The notes under the pieces: model-generated
Seen by the model: only the letters and a program-made list of their open reading frames with translations
Told to the model about the DNA's origin: nothing
Database searches by the model: none
In this document: in pieces, positions 40,801 through 55,800 of the stretch
How positions within the stretch are numbered: position 1 is the first letter of the stretch
How the letters are laid out: each line of letters begins with the position of its first letter
Assembly (NCBI GenBank): GCA_964057225.1
Contig: OZ059896.1
Span: forward strand, 21,762,001 to 21,826,000
Direction of reading: 5' to 3'
DNA: 64,000 bases
DNA from: Auanema rhodensis
Taxonomy: Eukaryota > Animalia > Nematoda
Made by a program: the position numbers and the translations under genes

Positions 40801-43800
40801 AATGTTGAGTGTACATGGAAACTCTACATACACTAATGCATCATTTTTCAAACAATCATAACTAATTTTTGTATTAAGCGTTTCTCAATGTAGTATAGTG
40901 CATTCGATGCGGATTTTTAAGCTGCGTCGATCTGTGTTATCAGATTTGCGCTAGCTTAAAAATGCACCAAGATATCAACTGATATAAGTGCACACTTATA
41001 TCCTCGATTTTCACTCTGAAGAATTAATTTTTTCGTTGAATAACATTGTCCATCGTCTTTGCCTTGAAAAAAGAAATCTAAAAACATCTATATTTTGCTA
41101 AATTATTTTAAAATTTTTCGAAAAAATTTTTGTCAAAATGTTTTTGGAAGCAATGTTGAGTGTACATGAAAACTCAACATACACTAATGCATCATTTTTC
41201 AAACGATCATAACTAATTTTTGTATTAAGCGTTTCTCAATGTGATATAGTGCATTCGATGCGGATTTTTAAGCTGCGTCGATCTGTGTTATCAGATTTGC
41301 GCTAGCTTAAAAATGCACCAAGATATCAACTGATATAAGTGCACACTTATATCCTCGATTTTCACCCTGAAGAATTAATTTTCCGTTGAATAACATTGTC
41401 CATCGTCTTTGCCTTGAAAAAAGGAATCTAAAAACATCCACTTTTTGCTAAATTATTTCGAAATTTTTCGAAAAAATTTTTGTCAAAATGTTTTTGGAAG
41501 CAATGTTGAGTGTACATGGAAACTCAACATACACTAATGCATCATTTTTCAAACGATCATAACTAATTTTTGTATTAAGCGTTTCTCAATGTAGTATAGT
41601 GCATTCGATGCGGATTTTTAAGCTGCGTCGATCTGTGTTATCAGATTTGCGCTAGCTTGAAAATGCACCAAGATATCAACTGATATAAGTGCACACTTAT
41701 ATCCTCGATTTTCACCCTGAAGAATTAATTTTTTCGTTGAATAACATTGTCCATCGTCTTTGCCTTGAAAAAAGGAATCTAAAAACATCTATATTTTGCT
41801 AAATTATTTTAAAATTTTTCGAAAAAATTTTTGTCAAAATGTTTTTGGAAGCAATGTTGAGTGTACATGGAAACTCAACATACACTAAGGCATCATTTTT
41901 CAAACGATCATAACTAATTTTTGTATCAAGCGTTTCTCAATGTAGTATAGTGCATTCGATGCGGATTTTTAAGCTGCGTCGATCTGTGTTATCAGATTTG
42001 CGCTAGCTTAAAAATGCACCAAGATATCAACTGATATAAGTGCACACTTATATCCTCGATTTTCACCCTGAAGAATTAATTTTCCGTTGAATAACATTGT
42101 CCATCGTCTTTGCCTTGAAAAAAGGAATCTAAAAACATCCACTTTTTGCTAAATTATTTCGAAATTTTTCGAAAAAATTTTTGTCAAAATGTTTTTGGAA
42201 GCAATGTTGAGTGTACATGGAAACTCAACATACACTAATGCATCATTTTTCAAACGATCATAACTAATTTTTGTATTAAGCGTTTCTCAATGTAGTATAG
42301 TGCATTCGATGCGGATTTTTAAGCTGCGTCGATCTGTGTTATCAGATTTGCGCTAGCTTGAAAATGCACCAAGATATCAACTGATATAAGTGCACACTTA
42401 TATCCTCGATTTTCACCCTGAAGAATTAATTTTTTCGTTGAATAACATTGTCCATCGTCTTTGCCTTGAAAAAAGGAATCTAAAAACATCTATATTTTGC
42501 TGAATTATTTTAAAATTTTTCGAAAAAATTTTTGTCAAAATGTTTTTGGAAGCAATGTTGAGTGTACATGGAAACTCAACATACACTAAGGCATCATTTT
42601 TCAAACGATCATAACTAATTTTTGTATCAAGCGTTTCTCAATGTAGTATAGTGCATTCGATGCGGATTTTTAAGCTGCGTCGATCTGTGTTATCAGATTT
42701 GCGCTAGCTTAAAAATGCACCAAGATATCAACTGATATAAGTGCACACTTATATCCTCGATTTTCACCCTGAAGAATTAATTTTCCGTTGAATAACATTG
42801 TCCATCGTCTTTGCCTTGAAAAAAGGAATCTAAAAACATCCACTTTTTGCTAAATTATTTCGAAATTTTTCGAAAAAATTTTTGTCAAAATGTTTTTGGA
42901 AGCAATGTTGAGTGTACATGAAAACTCAACATACACTAATGCATCATTTTTCAAACGATCATAACTAATTTTTGTATTGAGCGTTTCTCAATGTAGTATA
43001 GTGCATTCGATGCGGATTTTTGAGCTGCGTCGATCTGTGTTATCAGATTTGCGCTAGCTTGAAAATGCACCAAGATATCAACTGATATAAGTGCACACTT
43101 ATATCCTCGATTTTCACCCTGAAGAATTAATTTTTTCGTTGAATAACATTGTCCATCGTCTTTGCCTTGAAAAAAGGAATCTAAAAACATCTATATTTTG
43201 CTAAATTATTTTAAAATTTTTCGAAAAAATTTTTGTCAAAATGTTTTTGGAAGCAATGTTGAGTGTACATGGAAACTCAACATACACTAAGGCATCATTT
43301 TTCAAACGATCATAACTAATTTTTGTATCAAGCGTTTCTCAATGTAGTATAGTGCATTCGATGCGGATTTTTAAGCTGCGTCGATCTGTGTTATCAGATT
43401 TGCGCTAGCTTAAAAATGCACCAAGATATCAACTGATATAAGTGCACACTTATATCCTCGATTTTCACCCTGAAGAATTAATTTTTTCGTTGAATAACAA
43501 TGTCCATCGTCTTTGCCTTGAAAAAAGAAATCTAAAAACATCTATATTTTGCTAAATTATTTTAAAATTTTTCGAAAAAATTTTTGTCAAAATGTTTTTG
43601 GAAGCAATGTTGAGTGTACATGGAAACTCAACATACACTAAGGCATCATTTTTCAAACGATCATAACTAATTTTTGTATCAAGCGTTTCTCAATGTAGTA
43701 TAGTGCATTCGATGCGGATTTTTAAGCTGCGTCGATCTGTGTTATCAGATTTGCGCTAGCTTAAAAATGCACCAAGATATCAACTGATATAAGTGCACAC

Positions 43801-45220
43801 TTATATCCTCGATTTTCACCCTGAAGAATTAATTTTCCGTTGAATAACATTGTCCATCGTCTTTGCCTTGAAAAAAGGAATCTAAAAACATCCACTTTTT
43901 GCTAAATTATTTCGAAATTTTTCGAAAAAATTTTTGTCAAAATGTTTTTGGAAGCAATGTTGAGTGTACATGAAAACTCAACATACACTAATGCATCATT
44001 TTTCAAACGATCATAACTAATTTTTGTATTAAGCGTTTCTCAATGTAGTATAGTGCATTCGATGCGGATTTTTGAGCTGCGTCGATCTGTGTTATCAGAT
44101 TTGCGCTAGCTTGAAAATGCACCAAGATATCAACTGATATAAGTGCACACTTATATCCTCGATTTTCACCCTGAAGAATTAATTTTTTCGTTGAATAACA
44201 TTGTCCATCGTCTTTGCCTTGAAAAAAGGAATCTAAAAACATCTATATTTTGCTAAATTATTTTAAAATTTTTCGAAAAAATTTTTGTCAAAATGTTTTT
44301 GGAAGCAATGTTGAGTGTACATGGAAACTCAACATACACTAAGGCATCATTTTTCAAACGATCATAACTAATTTTTGTATCAAGCGTTTCTCAATGTAGT
44401 ATAGTGCATTCGATGCGGATTTTTAAGCTGCGTCGATCTGTGTTATCAGATTTGCGCTAGCTTAAAAATGCACCAAGATATCAACTGATATAAGTGCACA
44501 CTTATATCCTCGATTTTCACCCTGAAGAATTAATTTTTTCGTTGAATAACAATGTCCATCGTCTTTGCCTTGAAAAAAGAAATCTAAAAACATCTATATT
44601 TTGCTAAATTATTTTAAAATTTTTCGAAAAAATTTTTGTCAAAATGTTTTTGGAAGCAATGTTGAGTGTACATGGAAACTCAACATACACTAAGGCATCA
44701 TTTTTCAAACGATCATAACTAATTTTTGTATCAAGCGTTTCTCAATGTAGTATAGTGCATTCGATGCGGATTTTTAAGCTGCGTCGATCTGTGTTATCAG
44801 ATTTGCGCTAGCTTAAAAATGCACCAAGATATCAACTGATATAAGTGCACACTTATATCCTCGATTTTCACTCTGAAGAATTAATTTTTTCGTTGAATAA
44901 CATTGTCCATCGTCTTTGCCTTGAAAAAAGGAATCTAAAAACATCTACTTTTTGCTAAATTATTTTGAAATTTTTCGAAAAAATTTTTGTCAAAATGTTT
45001 TTGGAAGCAATGTTGAGTGTACATGGAAACTCTACATACACTAATGCATCATTTTTCAAACAATCATAACTAATTTTTGTATTAAGCGTTTCTCAATGTA
45101 GTATAGTGCATTCGATGCGGATTTTTAAGCTGCGTCGATCTGTGTTATCAGATTTGCGCTAGCTTAAAAATGCACCAAGATATCAACTGATATAAGTGCA
45201 CACTTATATCCTCGATTTTC
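36965..45220. repeat. Tandem duplication of a 12-monomer block (period 4208 bp) with nested 2-mer and 3-mer (1052 bp) duplications
   Basis: The private allele GCTGAATT lies at 38294 and 42502. ORF-track pairs 38205/42413, 38743/42951 and 39795/44003 are all offset by 4208, and 38743/39795 by 1052. Confidence 0.9.
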
Positions 45221-48200
45221 ACCCTGAAGAATTAATTTTTTCGTTGAATAACAATGTCCATCGTCTTTGCCTTGAAAAAAGAAATCTAAAAACATCTATA
45301 TTTTGCTAAATTATTTTAAAATTTTTCGAAAAAATTTTTGTCAAAATGTTTTTGGAAGCAATGTTGAGTGTACATGGAAACTCAACATACACTAAGGCAT
45401 CATTTTTCAAACGATCATAACTAATTTTTGTATCAAGCGTTTCTCAATGTAGTATAGTGCATTCGATGCGGATTTTTAAGCTGCGTCGATCTGTGTTATC
45501 AGATTTGCGCTAGCTTAAAAATGCACCAAGATATCAACTGATATAAGTGCACACTTATATCCTCGATTTTCACTCTGAAGAATTAATTTTTTCGTTGAAT
45601 AACATTGTCCATCGTCTTTGCCTTGAAAAAAGGAATCTAAAAACATCTACTTTTTGCTAAATTATTTTGAAATTTTTCGAAAAAATTTTTGTCAAAATGT
45701 TTTTGGAAGCAATGTTGAGTGTACATGGAAACTCTACATACACTAATGCATCATTTTTCAAACAATCATAACTAATTTTTGTATTAAGCGTTTCTCAATG
45801 TAGTATAGTGCATTCGATGCGGATTTTTAAGCTGCGTCGATCTGTGTTATCAGATTTGCGCTAGCTTAAAAATGCACCAAGATATCAACTGATATAAGTG
45901 CACACTTATATCCTCGATTTTCACCCTGAAGAATTAATTTTTTCGTTGAATAACAATGTCCATCGTCTTTGCCTTGAAAAAAGAAATCTAAAAACATCTA
46001 CTTTTTGCTAAATTATTTTGAAATTTTTCGAAAAAATTTTTGTCAAAATGTTTTTGGAAGCAATGTTGAGTGTACATGGAAACTCAACATACACTAATGC
46101 ATCATTTTTCAAACGATCATAACTAATTTTTGTATCAAGCGTTTCTCAATGTAGTATAGTGCATTCGATGCGGATTTTTGAGCTGCGTCGATCTGTGTTA
46201 TCAGATTTGCGCTAGCTTAAAAACGCACCGAGATATCAACTGATATAAGTTCACACTTATATCCTCGATTTTCACATTGAAGAACTAATTTTTTCGTTGA
46301 ATAACATTGTCCATCGTCTCTGCCTTGAAAAAAGAAATCTAAAAACATCTACTTTTTGCTAAATTATTTTAAAATTTTTCGAAAAAATTTTTGTCAAAAT
46401 GTTTTTGGAAGCAATGTTGAGTGTACATGGAAACTCAACATACACTAAGGCATCATTTTTCAAACGATCATAACTAATTTTTGTATTAAACGTTTCTCAA
46501 TGTAGTATAGTGCATTCGATGCGGCTTTCTAAGCTGCGTCGATCTGTGTTATCAGATTTGCGCTAGCTTAAAAATGCACCGAGATATCAACTGATATAAG
46601 TTCACACTTATATCCTCGATTTTCACCCTGAAGAATTAATTTTTTCGTTGAATAACATTGTCCATCGTCTTTGCCTTGAAAAAAGAAATCTAAAAACATC
46701 TACTTTTCGCTAAATTATTTTGAAATTTTTCGAAAAAATTTTTGTCAAAATGTTTTTGGAAGCAATGTTGAGTGTACATGGAAACTCAACATACACTAAT
46801 GCATCATTTTTCAAACGATCATAACTAATTTTTGTATTAAGCGTTTCTCAATGTGATATAGTGCATTCGATGCGGATTTTTAAGCTGCGTCGATCTGTGT
46901 TATCAGATTTGCGCTAGCTTAAAAATGCACCAAGATATCAACTGATATAAGTGCACACTTATATCCTCGATTTTCACCCTGAAGAATTAATTTTCCGTTG
47001 AATAACATTGTCCATCGTCTTTGCCTTGAAAAAAGGAATTTAAAAACATCCACTTTTTGCTAAATTATTTCGAAATTTTTCGAAAAAATTTTTGTCAAAA
47101 TGTTTTTGGAAGCAATGTTGAGTGTACATGGAAACTCAACATACACTAATGCATCATTTTTCAAACGATCATAACTAATTTTTGTATTAAGCGTTTCTCA
47201 ATGTAGTATAGTGCATTCGATGCGGATTTTTGAGCTGCGTCGATCTGTGTTATCAGATTTGCGCTAGCTTAAAAATGCACCGAGATATCAACTGATATAA
47301 GTTCACACTTATATCCTCGATTTTCACCCTGAAGAATTAATTTTTTCGTTGAATAACATTGTCCATCGTCTTTGCCTTGAAAAAAGGAATCTAAAAACAT
47401 CTACTTTTTGCTAAATTATTTTGAAATTTTTCGAAAAAATTTTTGTCAAAATGTTGTTGGAAGCAATGTTGAGTGTACATGGAAACTCAACATACACTAA
47501 TGCATCATTTTTCAAACGATCATAACTAATTTTTGTATTAAGCGTTTCTCAATGTAGTAAAGTGCATTCGATGCGGATTTTTAAGCTGCGTCGATCTGTG
47601 TTATCAGATTTGCGCTAGCTTAAAAATGCACCGAGATATCAACTGATATAAGTTCACACTTATATCCTCGATTTTCACCCTGAAGAATTAATTTTTTCGT
47701 TGAATAACATTGTCCATCGTCTTTGCCTTGAAAAAAGGAATCTAAAAACATCTACTTTTTGCTAAATTATTTTGAAATTTTTCGAAAAAATTTTTGTCAA
47801 AATGTTTTTGGAAGCAATGTTGAGTGTACATGGAAACTCAACATACACTAATGCATCATTTTTCAAACGATCATAACTAATTTTTGTATTAAGCGTTTCT
47901 CAATGTGATATAGTGCATTCGATGCGGATTTTTAAGCTGCGTCGATCTGTGTTATCAGATTTGCGCTAGCTTAAAAATGCACCGAGATATCAACTGATAT
48001 AAGTTCACACTTATATCCTCGATTTTCACATTGAAGAACTAATTTTTTCGTTGAATAACATTGTCCATCGTCTCTGCCTTGAAAAAAGAAATCTAAAAAC
48101 ATCTACTTTTTGCTAAATTATTTTGAAATTTTTCGAAAAAATTTTTGTCAAAATGTTTTTGGAAGCAATGTTGAGTGTACATGGAAACTCTACATACACT

Positions 48201-49199
48201 AATGCATCATTTTTCAAACAATCATAACTAATTTTTGTATTAAGCGTTTCTCAATGTAGTATAGTGCATTCGATGCGGATTTTTAAGCTGCGTCGATCTG
48301 TGTTATCAGATTTGCGCTAGCTTAAAAATGCACCAAGATATCAACTGATATAAGTGCACACTTATATCCTCGATTTTCACCCTGAAGAATTAATTTTTTC
48401 GTTGAATAAAATTGTCCATCGTCTTTGCCTTAAAAAAAGGAATCTAAAAACATCTACTTTTTGCTAAATTATCTTGAAATTTTTCGAAAAAATTTTTGTC
48501 AAAATGTTTTTGGAAGCAATGTTGAGTGTACATGGAAACTCAACATACACTAATGCATCATTTTTCAAACGATCATAACTAATTTTTGTATCAAGCGTTT
48601 CTCAATGTAGTATAGTGCATTCGATGCGGATTTTTGAGCTGCGTCGATCTGTGTTATCAGATTTGCGCTAGCTTAAAAACGCACCGAGATATCAACTGAT
48701 ATAAGTTCACACTTATATCCTCGATTTTCACATTGAAGAACTAATTTTTTCGTTGAATAACATTGTCCATCGTCTCTGCCTTGAAAAAAGAAATCTAAAA
48801 ACATCTACTTTTTGCTAAATTATTTTGGAATTTTTCGAAAAAATTTTTGTCAAAATGTTTTTGGAAGCAATGTTGAGTGTACATGAAAACTCAACATACA
48901 CTAATGCATCATTTTTCAAACGATCATAACTAATTTTTGTATTAAACGTTTCTCAATGTGATATAGTGCATTCGATGCGGATTTTTAAGCTGCGTCGATC
49001 TGTGTTATCAGATTTGCGCTAGCTTAAAAATGCACCGAGATATCAACTGATATAAGTTCACACTTATATCCTCGATTTTCACCCTGAAGAATTAATTTTT
49101 TCGTTGAATAACATTGTCCATCGTCTTTGCCTTGAAAAAAGAAATCTAAAAACATCTACTTTTCGCTAAATTATTTTGAAATTTTTCGAAAAAATTTTT

Positions 49200-52100
49200 G
49201 TCAAAATGTTTTTGGAAGCAATGTTGAGTGTACATGGAAACTCAACATACACTAATGCATCATTTTTCAAACGATCATAACTAATTTTTGTATTAAGCGT
49301 TTCTCAATGTGATATAGTGCATTCGATGCGGATTTTTAAGCTGCGTCGATCTGTGTTATCAGATTTGCGCTAGCTTAAAAATGCACCAAGATATCAACTG
49401 ATATAAGTGCACACTTATATCCTCGATTTTCACCCTGAAGAATTAATTTTCCGTTGAATAACATTGTCCATCGTCTTTGCCTTGAAAAAAGGAATCTAAA
49501 AACATCCACTTTTTGCTAAATTATTTCGAAATTTTTCGAAAAAATTTTTGTCAAAATGTTTTTGGAAGCAATGTTGAGTGTACATGGAAACTCAACATAC
49601 ACTAATGCATCATTTTTCAAACGATCATAACTAATTTTTGTATTAAGCGTTTCTCAATGTAGTATAGTGCATTCGATGCGGATTTTTAAGCTGCGTCGAT
49701 CTGTGTTATCAGATTTGCGCTAGCTTAAAAATGCACCAAAATATCAACTGATATAAGTGAACACTTATATCCTCGATTTTCACCCTGAAGAATTAATTTT
49801 TTCGTTGAATAACATTGTCCATCGTCTTTGCCTTGAAAAAAAAAATCTAAAAACATCTACTTTTTGCTAAATTATTTTGAAATTTTTCGAAAAAATTTTT
49901 GTCAAAATGTTTTTGGAAGCAATGTTGAGTGTACATGGAAACTCAACATACACTAAGGCATCATTTTTCAAACGATCATAACTAATTTTTGTATTAAGCG
50001 TTTCTCAATGTAGTATAGTGCATTCGATGCGGATTTTTGAGCTGCGTCGATCTGTGTTATCAGATTTGCGCTAGCTTAAAAATGCACCGAGATATCAACT
50101 GATATAAGTTCACACTTATATCCTCGATTTTCACCCTGAAGAATTAATTTTTTCGTTGAATAACATTGTCCATCGTCTTTGCCTTGAAAAAAGGAATCTA
50201 AAAACATCTACTTTTTGCTAAATTATTTTGAAATTTTTCGAAAAAATTTTTGTCAAAATGTTGTTGGAAGCAATGTTGAGTGTACATGGAAACTCAACAT
50301 ACACTAAGGCATCATTTTTCAAACGATCATAACTAATTTTTGTATTAAGCGTTTCTCAATGTAGTATAGTGCATTCGATGCGGATTTTTGTGCTGCGTCG
50401 ATCTGTGTTATCAGATTTGCGCTAGCTTAAAAATGCACCGAGATATCAACTGATATAAGTTCACACTTATATCCTCGATTTTCACCCTGAAGAGTTAATT
50501 TTTTCGTTGAATAACATTGTCCATCGTCTTTGCCTTGAAAAAAGGAATCTAAAAACATCTACTTTTTGCTAAATTATTTTGAAATTTTTCGAAAAAATTT
50601 TTGTCAAAATGTTGTTGGAAGCAATGTTGAGTGTACATGGAAACTCAACATACACTAATGCATCATTTTTCAAACGATCATAACTAATTTTTGTATTAAG
50701 CGTTTCTCAATGTAGTAAAGTGCATTCGATGCGGATTTTTAAGCTGCGTCGATCTGTGTTATCAGATTTGCGCTAGCTTAAAAATGCACCGAGATATCAA
50801 CTGATATAAGTTCACACTTATATCCTCGATTTTCACCCTGAAGAATTAATTTTTTCGTTGAATAACATTGTCCATCGTCTTTGCCTTGAAAAAAGGAATC
50901 TAAAAACATCTACTTTTTGCTAAATTATTTTGAAATTTTTCGAAAAAATCTTTGTCAAAATGTTTTTGGAAGCAATGTTGAGTGTACATGGAAACTCAAC
51001 ATACACTAATGCATCATTTTTCAAACGATCATAACTAATTTTTGTATTAAGCGTTTCTCAATGTGATATAGTGCATTCGATGCGGATTTTTAAGCTGCGT
51101 CGATCTGTGTTATCAGATTTGCGCTAGCTTAAAAATGCACCAAGATATCAACTGATATAAGTGCACACTTATATCCTCGATTTTCACCCTGAAGAATTAA
51201 TTTTCCGTTGAATAACATTGTCCATCGTCTTTGCCTTGAAAAAAGGAATCTAAAAACATCCACTTTTTGCTAAATTATTTCGAAATTTTTCGAAAAAATT
51301 TTTGTCAAAATGTTTTTGGAAGCAATGTTGAGTGTACATGGAAACTCAACATACACTAATGCATCATTTTTCAAACGATCATAACTAATTTTTGTATTAA
51401 GCGTTTCTCAATGTAGTATAGTGCATTCGATGCGGATTTTTAAGCTGCGTCGATCTGTGTTATCAGATTTGCGCTAGCTTAAAAATGCACCAAAATATCA
51501 ACTGATATAAGTGAACACTTATATCCTCGATTTTCACCCTGAAGAATTAATTTTTTCGTTGAATAACATTGTCCATCGTCTTTGCCTTGAAAAAAAAAAT
51601 CTAAAAACATCTACTTTTTGCTAAATTATTTTGAAATTTTTCGAAAAAATTTTTGTCAAAATGTTTTTGGAAGCAATGTTGAGTGTACATGGAAACTCAA
51701 CATACACTAAGGCATCATTTTTCAAACGATCATAACTAATTTTTGTATTAAGCGTTTCTCAATGTAGTATAGTGCATTCGATGCGGATTTTTGAGCTGCG
51801 TCGATCTGTGTTATCAGATTTGCGCTAGCTTAAAAATGCACCGAGATATCAACTGATATAAGTTCACACTTATATCCTCGATTTTCACCCTGAAGAATTA
51901 ATTTTTTCGTTGAATAACATTGTCCATCGTCTTTGCCTTGAAAAAAGGAATCTAAAAACATCTACTTTTTGCTAAATTATTTTGAAATTTTTCGAAAAAA
52001 TTTTTGTCAAAATGTTGTTGGAAGCAATGTTGAGTGTACATGGAAACTCAACATACACTAAGGCATCATTTTTCAAACGATCATAACTAATTTTTGTATT

Positions 52101-52880
52101 AAGCGTTTCTCAATGTAGTATAGTGCATTCGATGCGGATTTTTGTGCTGCGTCGATCTGTGTTATCAGATTTGCGCTAGCTTAAAAATGCACCGAGATAT
52201 CAACTGATATAAGTTCACACTTATATCCTCGATTTTCACCCTGAAGAATTAATTTTTTCGTTGAATAACATTGTCCATCGTCTTTGCCTTGAAAAAAGGA
52301 ATCTAAAAACATCTACTTTTTGCTAAATTATTTTGAAATTTTTCGAAAAAATTTTTGTCAAAATGTTGTTGGAAGCAATGTTGAGTGTACATGGAAACTC
52401 AACATACACTAATGCATCATTTTTCAAACGATCATAACTAATTTTTGTATTAAGCGTTTCTCAATGTAGTAAAGTGCATTCGATGCGGATTTTTAAGCTG
52501 CGTCGATCTGTGTTATCAGATTTGCGCTAGCTTAAAAATGCACCGAGATATCAACTGATATAAGTTCACACTTATATCCTCGATTTTCACCCTGAAGAAT
52601 TAATTTTTTCGTTGAATAACATTGTCCATCGTCTTTGCCTTGAAAAAAGGAATCTAAAAACATCTACTTTTTGCTAAATTATTTTGAAATTTTTCGAAAA
52701 AATCTTTGTCAAAATGTTTTTGGAAGCAATGTTGAGTGTACATGGAAACTCAACATACACTAATGCATCATTTTTCAAACGATCATAACTAATTTTTGTA
52801 TTAAGCGTTTCTCAATGTGATATAGTGCATTCGATGCGGATTTTTAAGCTGCGTCGATCTGTGTTATCAGATTTGCGCTA
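49200..52880. repeat. Tandem duplication of a 5-monomer block (period 1754 bp)
   Basis: The private alleles CACCAAAATAT (about 49735/51489), TTGAAAAAAAAAATC, TTTTGTGCTG and AAATCTTTG each occur twice at +1754. Confidence 0.85.
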
Positions 52881-55800
52881 GCTTAAAAATGCACCGAGAT
52901 ATCAACTGATATAAGTTCACACTTATATCCTCGATTTTCACATTGAAGAACTAATTTTTTCGTTGAATAACATTGTCCATCGTCTCTGCCTTGAAAAAAG
53001 AAATCTAAAAACATCTACTTTTTGCTAAATTATTCTGGAATTTTTCGAAAAAATTTTTGTCAAAATGTTTTTGGAAGCAATGTTGAGTGTACATGAAAAC
53101 TCAACATACACTAATGCATCATTTTTCAAACGATCATAACTAATTTTTGTATTAAACGTTTCTCAATGTAGTATAGTGCATTCGATGCAGATTTCTAAGC
53201 TGCGTCGATCTGTGTTATCAGATTTGCGCTAGCTTAAAAATGCACCGAGATATCAACTGATATAAGTTCACACTTATATCCTCGATTTTCACCCTGAAGA
53301 ATTAATTTTTTCGTTGAATAACATTGTCCATCGTCTTTGCCTTGAAAAAAGAAATCTAAAAACATCTACTTTTCGCTAAATTATTTTGAAATTTTTCGAA
53401 AAAATTTTTGTCAAAATGTTTTTGGAAGCAATGTTGAGTGTACATGGAAACTCAACATACACTAATGCATCATTTTTCAAACGATCATAACTAATTTTTG
53501 TATTAAACGTTTCTCAATGTAGTATAGTGCATTCGATGCGGATTTCTAAGCTGCGTCGATCTGTGTTATCAGATTTGCGCTAGCTTAAAAATGCACCGAG
53601 ATATCAACTGATATAAGTTCACACTTATATCCTCGATTTTCACCCTGAAGAATTAATTTTTTCGTTGAATAACATTGTCCATCGTCTTTGCCTTGAAAAA
53701 AGAAATCTAAAAACATCTACTTTTCGTTAAATTATTTTGAAATTTTTCGAAAAAATTTTTGTCAAAATGTTTTTGGAAGCAATGTTGAGTGTACATGGAA
53801 ACTCAACATACACTAATGCATCATTTTTCAAACGATCATAACTAATTTTTGTATTAAGCGTTTCTCAATGTGATATAGTGCATTCGATGCGGATTTTTAA
53901 GCTGCGTCGATCTGTGTTATCAGATTTGCGCTAGCTTAAAAATGCACCAAGATATCAACTGATATAAGTGCACACTTATATCCTCGATTTTCACCCTGAA
54001 GAATTAATTTTCCGTTGAATAACATTGTCCATCGTCTTTGCCTTGAAAAAAGGAATCTAAAAACATCCACTTTTTGCTAAATTATTTCGAAATTTTTCGA
54101 AAAAATTTTTGTCAAAATGTTTTTGGAAGCAATGTTGAGTGTACATGGAAACTCAACATACACTAATGCATCATTTTTCAAACGATCATAACTAATTTTT
54201 GTATTAAGCGTTTCTCAATGTAGTATAGTGCATTCGATGCGGATTTTTAAGCTGCGTCGATCTGTGTTATCAGATTTGCGCTAGCTTAAAAATGCACCAA
54301 GATATCAACTGATATAAGTGAACACTTATATCCTCGATTTTCACCCTGAAGAATTAATTTTTTCGTTGAATAACATTGTCCATCGTCTTTGCCTTGAAAA
54401 AAGAAATCTAAAAACATCTACTTTTTGCTAAATTATTTTGAAATTTTTCGAAAAAATTTTTGTCAAAATGTTTTTGGAAGCAATGTTGAGTGTACATGGA
54501 AACTCAACATACACTAATGCATCATTTTTCAAACGATCATAACTAATTTTTGTATTAAGCGTTTCTCAATGTAGTATAGTGCATTCGATGCGGATTTTTA
54601 AGCTGCGTCGATCTGTGTTATCAGATTTGCGCTAGCTTAAAAATGCACCAAGATATCAACTGATATAAGTGAACACTTATATCCTCGATTTTCACCCTGA
54701 AGATTTAATTTTTTCGTTGAATAACATTGTCCATCGTCTTTGCCTTGAAAAAAGAAATCTAAAAACATCTACTTTTTGCTAAATTATTTTGAAATTTTTC
54801 GAAAAAATTTTTGTCAAAATGTTTTTGGAAGCAATGTTGAGTGTACATGGAAACTCAACATACACTAAGGCATCATTTTTCAAACGATCATAACTAATTT
54901 TTGTATTAAGCGTTTCTCAATGTAGTATAGTGCATTCGATGCGGATTTTTGAGCTGCGTCGATCTGTGTTATCAGATTTGCGCTAGCTTAAAAATGCACC
55001 GAGATATCAACTGATATAAGTTCACACTTATATCCTCGATTTTCACCCTGAAGAATTAATTTTTTCGTTGAATAACATTGTCCATCGTCTTTGCCTTGAA
55101 AAAAGGAATCTAAAAACATCTACTTTTTGCTAAATTATTTTGAAATTTTTCGAAAAAATTTTTGTCAAAATGTTTTTGGAAGCAATGTTGAGTGTACATG
55201 GAAACTCAACATACACTAATGCATCATTTTTCAAACGATCATAACTAATTTTTGTATTAAGCGTTTCTCAATGTGATATAGTGCATTCGATGCGGATTTT
55301 TAAGCTGCGTCGATCTGTGTTATCAGATTTGCGCTAGCTTAAAAATGCACCAAGATATCAACTGATATAAGTGAACACTTATATCCTCGATTTTCACCCT
55401 GAAGATTTAATTTTTTCGTTGAATAACATTGTCCATCGTCTTTGCCTTGAAAAAAGAAATCTAAAAACATCTACTTTTTGCTAAATTATTTTGAAATTTT
55501 TCGAAAAAATTTTTGTCAAAATGTTTTTGGAAGCAATGTTGAGTGTACATGGAAACTCAACATACACTAAGGCATCATTTTTCAAACGATCATAACTAAT
55601 TTTTGTATTAAGCGTTTCTCAATGTAGTATAGTGCATTCGATGCGGATTTTTGAGCTGCGTCGATCTGTGTTATCAGATTTGCGCTAGCTTAAAAATGCA
55701 CCGAGATATCAACTGATATAAGTTCACACTTATATCCTCGATTTTCACCCTGAAGAATTAATTTTTTCGTTGAATAACATTGTCCATCGTCTTTGCCTTG

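Noticed and set aside
38205-42604. Two minus-strand 63 aa ORFs (MKNDALVYVEF...)
   Set aside because: They depend on the private GCTGAATT SNP plus the CTAAGGC-type monomer, and are duplicated only by the 4208-bp block duplication.
31730-44242. Repeated minus-strand 65-79 aa ORFs (MFLDSFFQGK.../...LIQKLVMIV)
   Set aside because: They open only in monomers that happen to carry both the TTTGAGC and CTTGAAA variants, which remove two TAA stops. The great majority of copies are closed. There is no recognisable domain, and the recurrence simply tracks block duplications.
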